Origin: Picochlorum sp. SENEW3 | Taxonomy: Eukaryota | NCBI GenBank assembly: GCA_034226945.1 | Contig: CP120459.1 | Span: forward strand, 186,001-250,000 | Direction of reading: 5' to 3' | Length of the DNA stretch: 64,000 bases | Part shown: one piece after another, positions 11,056 to 22,293 of the stretch | How positions within the stretch are numbered: position 1 is the first letter of the stretch | Layout: each line of letters starts with the position of its first letter | Program-made: the position numbers and the translations under genes | The notes under the pieces: model-generated | Told to the model about the DNA's origin: nothing | The model's input: the letters and a program-made list of their open reading frames with translations, nothing else | Database searches by the model: none

Positions 11056-12063
11056 ATGATGTTTGAGAATGTGACGACGGGGTGTCGTGTTCACGAACAC
11101 TTTGTTGTGGGTGACGGGCAGACTCGGGGTGAGGGTGGTGTTGAAGAGGATGTGGGAGCAACGTTGTTCGAGTCCATGTCACGGAGGTTTAAGAAGAGGT
11201 TGATGGATGTGAATGCCAGGAAAGGGCGGGATCGGAAGAGGAGCAGGGCTTCTCCCTTGGAGGAAGGGGAGGGATTGAGGCCTGATTGGTGTGGTCATCG
11301 CGGGGCGGTCGAGGGGGACTTCAAGAAGGCGAACGGGAGCCACACCACGAAGAAGACGGAGGAGGTGAAGAGGAAAAGAAAGGAGAAGAATGGCAGTACC
11401 CGCCATTATGAGTATCTGGGCGGGGGGTCGAGTTCTTCTCTGCGGCCAAGGTCATGGTGTGGCATGGCTGTGTGGAATGATGATACGGCATCGCAGAAAA
11501 AACATGATAGCACTGATGATGAAGGCATGTTGGAGGAATCGAGGAATGAGCCTGATGGTGGTCCTCAGATGGCGTCTCATGTCAATGTGAAGAGTGCGTG
11601 GTTGAATGCTGCCATGGCATGGAGACAGAAAAATATGCCCTCTCCCATGGAGTTGAAAAAGAGAAAGGCTGAAATGTCGCGGAGGATGTCGGAAGCTGCT
11701 CGAAAGCGGCATGCGAAATCACATCCGTGTGCATTCCGACCAGGGGAAGATGCTGCGGGGTTCAATGTTCCAGAAAAGCCTGCTGATGATGCATGCGAGG
11801 CTGATTGGAAGGTGTACTTTAGGCTCCATCATTCTGCCAGGATTGCTCGCGCGACATCGTTTGTTCAAGTCTTACGGACGTTTGATGTGCCATGTGTTGA
11901 CCCGAAGAAGATTAAGTTTGCATACATGCAAGCTGTGAGGATGTACCATCCAGATTCCAACAGCAAGTCTCGATGCTGGTCAACAGCCAGAGAAAAAGTA
12001 GAGGCTGAAGAGATTATGAAGTTGATCAATCAGCGAAAACCCGATGATTTTTCTCTGGAATAA
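11056..12063 (+). CDS. Hypothetical basic protein with C-terminal J-domain
   Basis: 338-aa ORF; C-terminal KIKFAYMQAVRMYHPDSN...AEEIMKLIN with HPD motif; K/R-rich NLS-like N-terminal half. Start uncertain. Confidence 0.65.
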   Translation: MMFENVTTGCRVHEHFVVGDGQTRGEGGVEEDVGATLFESMSRRFKKRLMDVNARKGRDRKRSRASPLEEGEGLRPDWCGHRGAVEGDFKKANGSHTTKKTEEVKRKRKEKNGSTRHYEYLGGGSSSSLRPRSWCGMAVWNDDTASQKKHDSTDDEGMLEESRNEPDGGPQMASHVNVKSAWLNAAMAWRQKNMPSPMELKKRKAEMSRRMSEAARKRHAKSHPCAFRPGEDAAGFNVPEKPADDACEADWKVYFRLHHSARIARATSFVQVLRTFDVPCVDPKKIKFAYMQAVRMYHPDSNSKSRCWSTAREKVEAEEIMKLINQRKPDDFSLE

Positions 12064-12182
12064 CCATGTAATATTCAGCGCGTTGACTGAAAAATGCGAG
12101 TTGTTGGAGACAGAGTTTGCTGTCATTTGTTTGACTGCATCATACCCTAATCACAAAATACATGTTACAACAGTAAGGGAAA

Positions 12183-13607
12183 TCATTTGTTGACCTGTTC
12201 GTTCCGTTCAAATGCTATTCTGTCTGTGCATACATTGTTTATAGTATCGTTATCACTCTCTCCGAAAGACTCACTCACAGATTGTGGAGTATTATAGGCA
12301 GAGACTCCTTCCGATGCAATCATTGTTTGTAAAATTTCCAACGCCTGTCTTGGCGTAGGTCTGTCCGTGGGATCATCAGATAGACACAAGCGCAAGAAAG
12401 CACCCAGCTTCCTGTCAATAGACTCAGGCACCACGACGCGCTTCCCCTTGCTCATGGAGTACACTATCTGAACAGGGAGCACACCATTCCAGGCTTTCTT
12501 CCCAGTCCACATCTCAGCTCCCAAGATTCCCAACGCATATATATCAGTCTTCACACTCAAGTCACCCGAAAGAAGCATCTCTGGGGGCATGAAGTTTGCA
12601 GTCCCCAAAGAATCCGTCTTCATCTTCTCAGACAAGTACACGCGTGATCGACCAAAATCACCCACCTTGGCACGCATGCCCAATGAGGGGGATGTCTCGT
12701 CGCGAACCAACAGGACATTGTTTCCCGATAAATCACCATGGAGAATACCATGGTCGTGAAGATACACAAGCGCCTGAGCAACATCCCGCAGTATCAGAGC
12801 AATACAGCCTGTTTTGGAAATGGCTGTTCCCTCAAACAGTGTCTGTGACTATCCAATATAGGCTTCCAGCGATCCACACTCACAATATTCTTGAATCATT
12901 TGTATATAAAAATATTCATCATCATCGTATTGTCTTCTCGCATCCATCAACGCTCGTTCCAATGCCGATGACTCATTGTTCAATTGGCGCTCCATATTTG
13001 ACACAATATAGCCACACGTCTTGACAATATTCGGATGATGTATGGAACAACCCATCTCCGCTTCCGAGATGAGAGTACTAAAATCCTCCCATCTCGCTCG
13101 AATAGACTTGACAGCCTTCTCATAGCCATCAACACGTGCACAATACACCTTGCCAAACGACCCTTGACCAATCAACCGAGATATCGTCACATGATGATGC
13201 CTCCCATCATCATCATCACTGTGCGACACATAACCATCATCCTCTAACCACGTTTCACAAAACCCATCCCGTCGATAGTACTCCCAGCCTTGCGATGTTA
13301 ACTTTGATAGATTCTGAATATCCTGCACAAGGTCCTCAAGATGGTTGTTGAAGTCTTCCCGGAAATTATGCACACACGGCATGGGCTTTTGGTTCATTGT
13401 CGATGACGACGACCTTCCGTCCTCATCATCAGAACACAGAGCTTTCGACACCTCCGTCTCACCTACGAGAGGCTCCTCCTCCTCCTCCTCCTCCTCCTCC
13501 AGGGTTGGACAAGAAGCTAGGTCACGTTCTGCATATCCCTTTCCACCCGTATAACCATCCATATATATCATATTGTTATCTTTGAATATCTGCATCAATG
13601 AATTCAC
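12183..13607 (-). pseudogene. TKL/MAP3K-like protein kinase with in-frame TAG at 12849-12851
   Basis: IGQGSFGKVY, AVK, HPNIV in 12849-13607 continue in the same frame across TAG (EAYIG*SQTLFEG...DVAQALVYLH) into HGDLSGNNVLL, KVGDFG, GTANFMPPE, DIYALG. Confidence 0.7.
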
Positions 13608-14122
13608 AGGTATTTGTAAGGGATGGATACCACAATGCGTGACGTATCAGCATATGGCCGTTGTCACTGCAACTGCAGTTGCAGTCTCTCTGCAGTTCTA
13701 TCACACCCAGGACGTACTCATAGTCAATAATATCATGGTATGAATCAAGCATTAGTTTTTTATCTTCCGAATATCGCATTTTACAATAGTATCATACCGA
13801 AGACACCATCCGTGTCATGATGGTACTTTTTTTCCGTCTTGGTCACGTGACCCTTGATTACGGCGCCATGTCCACGTGGACTCGGCTGGTCTACGACCCG
13901 CAAAGCGTCTCATCCTGGTAGACAGCTCTCGCTTTGCGCCAATTGGCGAAGACCCGCCTCGGCCTAGTAGTAGACAGTACTTTCAGATACTGTCTCTCTA
14001 TAAATTAGAACACAAGATTTCTTCTGTATTATTATGATTTGTCTTACAAGAATGAACAACAACAATCCCAAGTAGGGTAGCACCTTGGGTGACCTCAACA
14101 AGGGAGATATGGATAGATATCA

Positions 14123-14980
14123 TCAGCCTTGAAACTTTCCCAGCGCATCGTCAGAAATACCCTGCACATCTGCTCCCCTCACGATAGCACTGGACGGATC
14201 CAGAGCAGATCGCAGCTCCTCTGCCTCTCGGTATGCCCCACTCTGTGGCAGAAACTCTGATGCATATTCATCCACCACTGTACACACATCCTCTGCCATT
14301 TCAGGAATAGCCGCCTTCTCATCCTTGCTCAGCTTTCTCACAAACTTGGCAGGACGACCTGCCCACACCTGCCCTGATGGCACCAATCTCCCGGGGGGAA
14401 GCACAGATCCTGGCTCCAGCACACTCTGCGATTCCATCCTTGACCCCTCCAGCAATATCGACCGATCCCCCACCACACACGCATCCCCAATCGTCGCAGA
14501 CCGTATCAAACACCCCTGACCTATTGACACCCGCTGCCCAATCACCGTCGCCGCAGGCAACCCAGTGGGGGCCGTGCTGGCAGCATGAATCACCGTCCGG
14601 TCCTGGATGTTTGAGAATGCTCCAATCCGAATCGAGTTCAGATCCCCTCGCACAACACAATTATGCCATATAGATACATTTTCATACACATCCACGTCCC
14701 CAACGACCACAGCAGACGGTGCAATCCAAGAACTCGGTATCGTTTTGACAACCCTGTTGCCCAGATTGAGTATATTTCTCTGCCTATTGTATACTTCGTC
14801 TTCTATATGGATTGTTTTCACCGGTGGTTGGTCACTGCTAGTTTTGGTTTGCTCTTCCTCTGCCAGGAGCGCAGAGGAGTGAACGAAACCTTGCTGCTGA
14901 GAGAGAGACAGGACGGACAGGCCGTGCCGAATCTTCCCAGTCTCCTGCAGCAATTGCGATGCAATCCTACGACCCAACAT
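14123..14980 (-). CDS. Mitochondrial gamma-carbonic anhydrase-like complex I subunit
   Basis: Presequence MLGRRIASQLL (ATG 14980), hexapeptide repeats (WIAPSAVVVGDV, VVRGDLNSIRIG, NIQDRTVIHA), WAGRPAKFVRKL. Confidence 0.88.
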   Translation of the reverse strand: MLGRRIASQLLQETGKIRHGLSVLSLSQQQGFVHSSALLAEEEQTKTSSDQPPVKTIHIEDEVYNRQRNILNLGNRVVKTIPSSWIAPSAVVVGDVDVYENVSIWHNCVVRGDLNSIRIGAFSNIQDRTVIHAASTAPTGLPAATVIGQRVSIGQGCLIRSATIGDACVVGDRSILLEGSRMESQSVLEPGSVLPPGRLVPSGQVWAGRPAKFVRKLSKDEKAAIPEMAEDVCTVVDEYASEFLPQSGAYREAEELRSALDPSSAIVRGADVQGISDDALGKFQG

Positions 14981-15238
14981 TATTATGTATATGCGCCTGG
15001 AAAGGAATAGACAGATCTCTCCAGCAACCACTGGTGATGAGATGCATCAAGAATTCCTTACTTGAACTATTAGAAAAAAACAATCCATATGGATGGAACA
15101 AACATGCATGTTTGTTTTTAATGTACCAAATATGCTCAAGAAAACAGTTCTGTTTTCTCTCTCGTGCCAGGATCAGCAAGACTATTTGAATTCCACTGTG
15201 CAGTTGTCTGGTTGTATTTTACATAAAGAATAGCCAAA

Positions 15239-15874
15239 ATGAGTCAGCATGACGCATCCTCGAGTCGATTGGTCTTTGTATCCATCAAGGGGGAAAAGTC
15301 CAAAAGAAAGGTCGCTGTGCCTATTCATGATGGCATGGCATGGCAGGGGTTTATAGATATAGTTAGGTTGAAGTTAAAATTATCAGGGGTGGGTGATATG
15401 TATCTGGCATCGACTGGTGAGGCTGTTGGTTCGTTAGATCAATTACAGGACATTGATGAAATTCACGTCGTCGAAGGGGATCAGCGGGAGCAGTTTATGG
15501 AGGATGGGGATACTCGAGTACGTTCTGATGAGTATAACGGGGCTGGGCCGAGTGGGGTGGATGTGGATTCGTCGTATGAGAGCAAGTATGTGAAGAAACA
15601 GTCTGATATGGCAAGGACAATGAAGAGAATGATGCCGGCGTTGTTTGGGAGGACAGAGCAGACGTTGCCTCTGACGCGGAAGGATCAGGTGGCTTTGAGT
15701 CCTATAGAGCAGGTGAAGCGTCGGATGAAGAAGAGGAATAAGCGGTCGATAGTGGACCCTAGGACAGTGTTGGCAGTGTTTGCATTGTTATCGTGTGCAG
15801 CGACTCTTGTATTTGTGTATCTTCGGGCGACAAAGAATTTGTCAGACCTTCATCATGGTAGTATTGCAATGTAA
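15239..15874 (+). CDS. Hypothetical tail-anchored protein with N-terminal ubiquitin-like (KHA/PB1-like) region
   Basis: 211-aa ORF; beta-grasp-like pattern at N-terminus, basic stretch then TM segment VLAVFALLSCAATLVFVYL. Confidence 0.65.
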   Translation: MSQHDASSSRLVFVSIKGEKSKRKVAVPIHDGMAWQGFIDIVRLKLKLSGVGDMYLASTGEAVGSLDQLQDIDEIHVVEGDQREQFMEDGDTRVRSDEYNGAGPSGVDVDSSYESKYVKKQSDMARTMKRMMPALFGRTEQTLPLTRKDQVALSPIEQVKRRMKKRNKRSIVDPRTVLAVFALLSCAATLVFVYLRATKNLSDLHHGSIAM

Positions 15875-15881
15875 TTGTATA

Positions 15882-16832
15882 TTATATAGCGTCTCGGATG
15901 CTTTTTGCGAGGGTCTTGAGTGCATCAAGGCCTTCTTGTGGAGATGATGCTTCTCCCAGTGCTTTGACGAGAGCGCTTCCAACAATCACACCGTCTGCTC
16001 CCCAGTCTTTGATTTGTTTGGCTTGATCTGGACCAGAGACACCAAATCCGACGGCGATACTCTTGTCTGTGGTTTCTCTCAGCTGTTCAATGAGGCCTTC
16101 CACACGTGATTCTGTTGTGCCTCTCATTCCTGTGACACCGGTGAGTGATACTAGGTACACGAATCCCATACTCTTTTCTGCAATCAGCTTCATACGTGGT
16201 GTTGGAGTGGTTGGGGTTGCCAACATGACGAGATCAAGGCCATGAGATGATGCTACCTGTCGAATCTCTGTTGTCTCCTCTAATGGAATGTCAGGGACCA
16301 AAAGCCCCGATGCACCAGCACTCTTGATCTGCTCACAGAACGTGTCCAATCCTCTCGCCATGATGGGGTTGAAATATGTGAACATGACGATGGGGGCAGA
16401 GATGTGAGGAGTCACCTGCCGGACCACATCAATAACCTTGTCCAGGATGACACCCTGCTGAAGGGCTCGCGTTGCAGCCGCCTGAATCGTGGGTCCATCT
16501 GCAAGTGGATCAGAGTATGGAACACCTAACTCAATCACATCAGCTCCAATCGCATCCAACGCTTTGATAGCCTCAACAGTACTCTCCAAATTTGGATCAC
16601 CAGCAACCAAAAAGGGAATGAATGCCGTCCTCTTTGTCTCCTTACATTCTGCCATTCTCTGTGCAACACCGTGCTGTTGAGCCATCACGATACCTGATGA
16701 TCGCTGTGTATGTCGCTGTCTCACGACGACGCACGCTGAGCTGGTCCTCACAGGAGCAGGTGCAGACAATACAGAAACTCTCGGTGGGCAGCGCACCAAG
16801 GATGCTGAACGACTTGAACAGAAACTCTTCAT
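15882..16832 (-). CDS. TSA1: Tryptophan synthase alpha chain, plastid
   Basis: AFIPFLVAGDP, IELGVPYSDPLADGPTIQ, GFVYLVSLTGVTG, VGFGVS, DGVIVGSALV; transit peptide from ATG 16832. Confidence 0.96.
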   Translation of the reverse strand: MKSFCSSRSASLVRCPPRVSVLSAPAPVRTSSACVVVRQRHTQRSSGIVMAQQHGVAQRMAECKETKRTAFIPFLVAGDPNLESTVEAIKALDAIGADVIELGVPYSDPLADGPTIQAAATRALQQGVILDKVIDVVRQVTPHISAPIVMFTYFNPIMARGLDTFCEQIKSAGASGLLVPDIPLEETTEIRQVASSHGLDLVMLATPTTPTPRMKLIAEKSMGFVYLVSLTGVTGMRGTTESRVEGLIEQLRETTDKSIAVGFGVSGPDQAKQIKDWGADGVIVGSALVKALGEASSPQEGLDALKTLAKSIRDAI

Positions 16833-17057
16833 ATATCTAATATACGCACTGAATGCAATGTCCAATCACCTCTTGTGTGCTACCTCGCTGATATTTGACG
16901 GCACCAGGTGTGTGTGTGGAATGTGTTGCTGGGAACACTCGATCTTCACAAAGATGACCGATACGGAATATCCGATGTACACTTAATGCTATACTTTTGT
17001 TAAATTGTGAGACATCGTGGTCTCTAGTCATCATAAACGTGATCACAGCATTCAGCA

Positions 17058-17077
17058 TGCCCACTAGCTAGTGGGCA
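17058..17077. repeat. Perfect 20-bp palindrome in divergent promoter
   Basis: TGCCCACTAG|CTAGTGGGCA between TrpA (minus) and the gene starting at 17269 (plus). Confidence 0.9.
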
Positions 17078-17268
17078 ATCCCAGGATCAGATGCCTGAAG
17101 GATTCTTTCTGTGGATTGCATTGTCGAAGGGCCGAGGGCATTTCCAAAAGATATTTAAAATATTCAAGACGACGTTTTGAACGCGGAAACAATAGACTGG
17201 AGTAGTGCTGTATGGCAGTGACGTGCGTTCTTTTCTTCACCTCCGCCTTGTAGTTTGTCATAGACGGT

Positions 17269-20200
17269 ATGGGGAAGAAGGGACGGCATGGAGGGGCCAT
17301 TAAGTCAACTGAAACGTCTAATTCTAGTTCGATGACGACGACTGCCATGGTGGAGAGTGGTCAGAAGAACGGGAAGGACGGAGAGCGAGCCGTGCCACTG
17401 GATCGAGGCACGCTTGCGCAGTGTCTTAATGCGACTTCTCAAATTGCTGCAGAATGTAATAGCATATTAAGAGATTTGTTACGAGGACGGTACGTGGGGT
17501 CGACGTATTGAGTTGGCTGGAGGTCGGAGATTGGTGGACGAATCAAATAGCGAGCGAATAATTGGCGGGATGGTTGTCTCATGTGTCACTTTGGTTTATG
17601 TATTGTAGATCTCCGCAACATCAGGACTTGCAGAGATTGGCGGGACAGGTGCTTATGGGACAGACGGTCAATTTACAAGAGTTGCAGAAGAAGATGGAGT
17701 CTCAGCAGGCGACGTTGGCGGAATTGCTGCGTGTGCTCCGTCCGAAGCAACATTCGAGTGGTGGGGGATCGGAGATGAGTCTGCCGCCTGGCAGCTTGTC
17801 TGGACCAAATGGACCATACTCCATGGTAGAGTCAAGTCTGTCTGTGCTCAAAGGGTGGGATGCTCCACGGGAACAGGTCAGTGGGATACGATCAAAGAGG
17901 CGTACAGGAAAGAATTTTGGGAAATCGCAACATCAGATGACCAAATGGGAAAGATATAAAGGAGTTGAAAGTTTCTGGAAATCGTTGAAGAGAGAAGAGA
18001 GGGTGTCATTCTTGTCTGTGTCTGTCAAGAAGATTGTACAAGTTGCAAAATCCATGGAAGAGGTGGGTGCTCAGGTTGGAACTGAACATGATGTTATGGA
18101 TGCGTTGAGTATATTGAAAAGGAATAATTCTCAGCATGCGTGCTTCTGGAGATGCCCGTGTTGTGCAATCCGTGTGTATGATGCGCAAGGATTCTTGGAT
18201 CACTTGGCAACTCATCATGAGACTGTTCAATATGCGTGTGAGGATACGCCTCTTTTGTGTACAACTTGTGCTCAAGAGATTGTAGGTGCGTTTTATTATG
18301 CTGGAGAGGTTTCCGAGCCTACTGCAATTCGCTGCATCAGGTGTGCCTGGGAATCATCTCCTCCTGCAGCACCAACCAAGATTCCACAGGGTTGGGCATT
18401 GCATGTGCCTAGAGAATTCATGATGGACCCGAATTCTTGGTCTGATAGTTTGGGAATCATGGATGATTCTGATGCTGATTTCTCTAGCGAGTCCGAGTAT
18501 GAGTCCAGCCAGGATGAGGATGGTCCTCTTTGCTCTTCCGAAGAAGATGATCTAGAAGAAATTTGCACGTGTCATCACAATCATCAAGAAATTGATGCTT
18601 TAGAGTCTCGCATTAGAAATAGTGAGGATGGGCTTTTGGCAGCGGTTGCTCTCAGGATTGACTCCCTTGCAGTTGATGGTGATATTGTACAGTTTGAAGC
18701 GGCCGTGACGTGTGTGGTTCAGCAAACACAACGAATGATGCATGGTGCTCTGACGTCGCTTGTATCAGCAGGCGAGAGTGGGGATAAAGTTGCAATTGAG
18801 GGTGGCAACTCTGCCGAAAGGGCAGAGGCAGTTGAGCATTTACAGAATGAGGAAGAATATCCAGATCAAGCGACAGAAGTGAAAAACGCACTCGAGTTGT
18901 TGAATCCATCAGAACTCCAAGATCTGTTAGCGCTGATGGCAAGAAAATACTCACCCCAGAGTCAGAAGCGACGATATGCCAGTCGCATATCTGGAATGGA
19001 TGGGAATTATTCTAGTGATATGTCATCCAAATGCTCTTCTGGAAGCATCGATTCGCATTATGAGCCCATGTGTGTGTCTGTAGTCAAGATTGATTCCAAG
19101 TCAAATGGTACCCAAGATCCAATTATTGAAGAACCAGGTGATGTGTATGATGATCTTGATGGTTTGCCAAGTGTTCATGAAAATGAGATGGTGGCTGTGC
19201 ATGGCTGGTGGGTTGAGCATCTGCTTCGAAAAAATACTATGATGATTCCGAGTCAGAATATAGAGTGTGTGGATTCTGAGTTTAGCATGTACTTGCTTCA
19301 ATGGATATTTGGCAATGTTGCGCATGGTAACACAAATGAATTTCTGGAGCGACAGAGGATGGCGTGCGGGGGTAAATCTATTGAAAGGACTATTATGGAT
19401 GCGTATGCTGAAATAGCAGAAACATGGAGACATTTAGCCGCAACAATGGATAGAAAGCGCCATATCAGCACTCTGCGTGAGGCTGTAGCTGAAGACCTTA
19501 AAGCAGTGTCTGATTTTGATCCAGACATGATCCAAGGCTTGACCAAGCTGTCGGAAGATTTTCATCAGCACGTCATGAGCGACCCAATATTGAATGCTGT
19601 GGCGGATGAAGAAGCTCCAATGGACGGCAAGTGGTCCCAGAAAGCTTTGCAAAGCCTGCAAGTGTTCCACGAACTCAAGGATGAGGCATCAATTCGATAT
19701 GCACAAGCATTAATTGATCGCGAAATAGCAGTGTTGGAGCTTGCAGATGTTATGGATCAACATGAGTGCGATGTGGCTGAAAGAGAGCTCCAAACAGTTG
19801 ATGCAGCCCTAGCAGCAGCCCGGCAGGATCTTGTGGATGCAGAAACAGAATATATGAGGGCCCAGGCAGATGGCCCAGCCCTGCATAGAAAGCGGGATAT
19901 TTTGGATCGTGTGAACAAAGAAGCTGAATATAGGGAGAGGTTACAGGAATTGCAGCAACACATAACTGCTTGCAAGGAGCGAATTGTTAGTGAAGAGGCA
20001 TACGGATCTGCTGCACAAAAGAAGAGGGAATCAGCAGTACAAGATCTTTCAGAGGTACGAGTCTATTCTAGAAGCCATTATATTTTATTAGTACGATATA
20101 TATTGTATTCTCATGGTATATTGTGATATTGTATGCAGGGCCGCGCAGAATTACAGGAGTATTTGGAAAAGAGGCAAAGGTTGGACCGTGCTTGTCATGC

Positions 20201-22247
20201 AGTTCTGCAGGCTCAAGAGAGAGACAAAGGCCAGGAGCTGACCGATGCATTTGTGGATGCACGTATTAAAGCAGTTTGGCAAGTGGTTGCGGGAGTTGCA
20301 GATGCAATTAGATCTCTCTACCCCCGATATGCACCTGGATCCAAGTCTAAAGAGACATTACGCCACGTTCGATGCACAGCATTGGCAAAGACTCTGTCGC
20401 TCGAACTTGAGGACCGCGTGCGTGTATGGTGGGAAGATCTTTCCAAGCTCCGTAGGCGAGCAGCTGATTTGGCTTGTGTAGATATGGGCACAATCCTGGA
20501 AAATGCCTTCTTGGAGGTCATACGACAGACACTTGAAGAGAAGGCAGCGGATGCCAGAGAGGCTGCAACGCTCGATTTGCTCGAAGAACTTGAGAGAGAA
20601 GAGCAAGCTAAAAAGGCTGCTGAGACGAAAAAAGCAAAGAAAAAAGCTGGCAAGGCTAAGAAGGCAAACAAGGCAGAGGAGGCAGCGAAACAGGCTGCTG
20701 CTGCAGCAGCTGCTCCCTCAGCCGCTGCAGATGAGTCTGCTAAGCAGGATGATAAGGAGAAAAAGGAAGATGAGCTTACACCTGAACAGCTCCTGGAACT
20801 CGAGTACGAAAAGGCATTGGAGATGAGAAGAAAAGAACTTGAGAAGCAGGAGGCTGAACTTTTGAAGCTCGCCCAGGAAGCATCCCTTACCGACGATGCA
20901 GGAGAGGAAGATGCTAGAGACTTCCATGCGAATGAAAATGATGGTTTCCAGACTTTGAAACCAAAGGGGTTGACTGCCAAGCATCACACACAACATCCAT
21001 CCTTGCCTACAGTGCCCCCACCGCCACCTCCTCCACCACCACCTCCTCCTCCACCTCCTCCTCCAGGGAAGCCTACGAGTCATTTGACTATAAAGACAAC
21101 TGAAGAGGAGGTGGAGATGAGAATTATCACGTATTTTGGAGACTGGAACTGCTATTGTGGAAAGGTCAATCGCCTCTGGGATACGTGTGCATGTGGGCAG
21201 ATTCCTCCTTGTAGAGATTGGGTCAGAGGACGTTGCACCTATAAGGACCGCTGCAGGTTTGGGCATCCTCCATTTGAGCTTCCAGATTCCCTTCCTCGCC
21301 CAAAATCTCCAATTGCAAAGCCAGGAAGTGATGCTATAGTGTACAAGACTGCCAGGAATCCCGAGGCATCTGCAGCTGCAACAGCAAAACATATGTCTCA
21401 TGCGCAGCACTCTACTATGGATATTCATTCAGCGCCACCACCACCACCGGCTCCGCCAGCACCTCCAAGTGGATCAGCAAAACAGGTAGGCGGTGGACCG
21501 CCACCACCATTGAAACCTGCTCCATGGGCTAGTATGAATCCAGGAGCCCAGCAGCCAGTGGCAGCATCTCCAGTTCATTCTCAGCCAACCTCTCCTTCAG
21601 ATCAGCATAGAATTCCGCCACCCCCTCCTCCTCCAAAGCCAATGCAACAAAAGGCGCCGGAAGAGCAAACCAGTCCACTTCGTATGGCTGAGCAGCAACC
21701 ACCTCCTCCAATGGGTGGCTTCGACCTTTTCGGATCCAATCCCCTCGTTGCTGCTCTTGAAGGCAACTCGGGTGTGCAGGATGACCAAAGGATGAGTGCT
21801 ACATTCGCAGGATTGCATCTTGGTGGGCCAATGCCAAATGAACAGCCTGCCCCTCCACCACCAGGATTCTTTGTGGATCAGAGTACATTCTTGGATATGC
21901 AAGTCAATGAAGCACCTGGTCAATTTCCATATCACTCAACTGCTATGGGAGGTATTGATACGCCTGCATTCCAGCCTGCCACAAGCGTAGGCCTTTCCAT
22001 GGGTCCTCCTGGACCACAGTATCCAGGAAGGACAGCGGGCATGATGAATCCCCAGGCTCCAGCCTTTGGAATGCAGCAGCCCATGCAGGACCAAGCAGAT
22101 GATTGGGGTGATTTGCAGCTACAACTCCCCAGCGATTTGGGTGAAATTCTGGGCACTGATACGTATCCTGACAGGCAACAGCACATGCAGGAGAGCCAGC
22201 CCACGGGCTTTTCAACAGACGCACCAACTTGGGGTGCTCCATTTTAA
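17269..22247 (+). CDS. Large DUF629-like C2H2 / coiled-coil / CCCH zinc-finger, Pro-rich protein
   Basis: Exons 17269-17489, 17609-20054 and 20139-22247 join in frame at GT-AG sites. FWKSLKREERVSFLSVSV, FWRCPCC...FLDHLATHH, LAC-DMG-IL motif, DWNCYCGKVN, CRDWVRGRCTYKDRCRFGH. Confidence 0.75.
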
Positions 22248-22293
22248 TAACATAAAAATATAGTTGCAAGTTTAAAAAAATATACATGTGTAT

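Noticed and set aside
3397..12851. Possible TAG reassignment suggested by two in-frame TAGs
   Set aside because: TAG terminates intact genes (ARC6 at 6698-6700, TatD at 57019-57021), long conserved genes have no internal TAG, and the ankyrin gene also has frameshifts.
13576..13779. 67-aa ORF as first exon of the kinase
   Set aside because: I could not find a convincing GT-AG pair joining it in frame; left unassigned.
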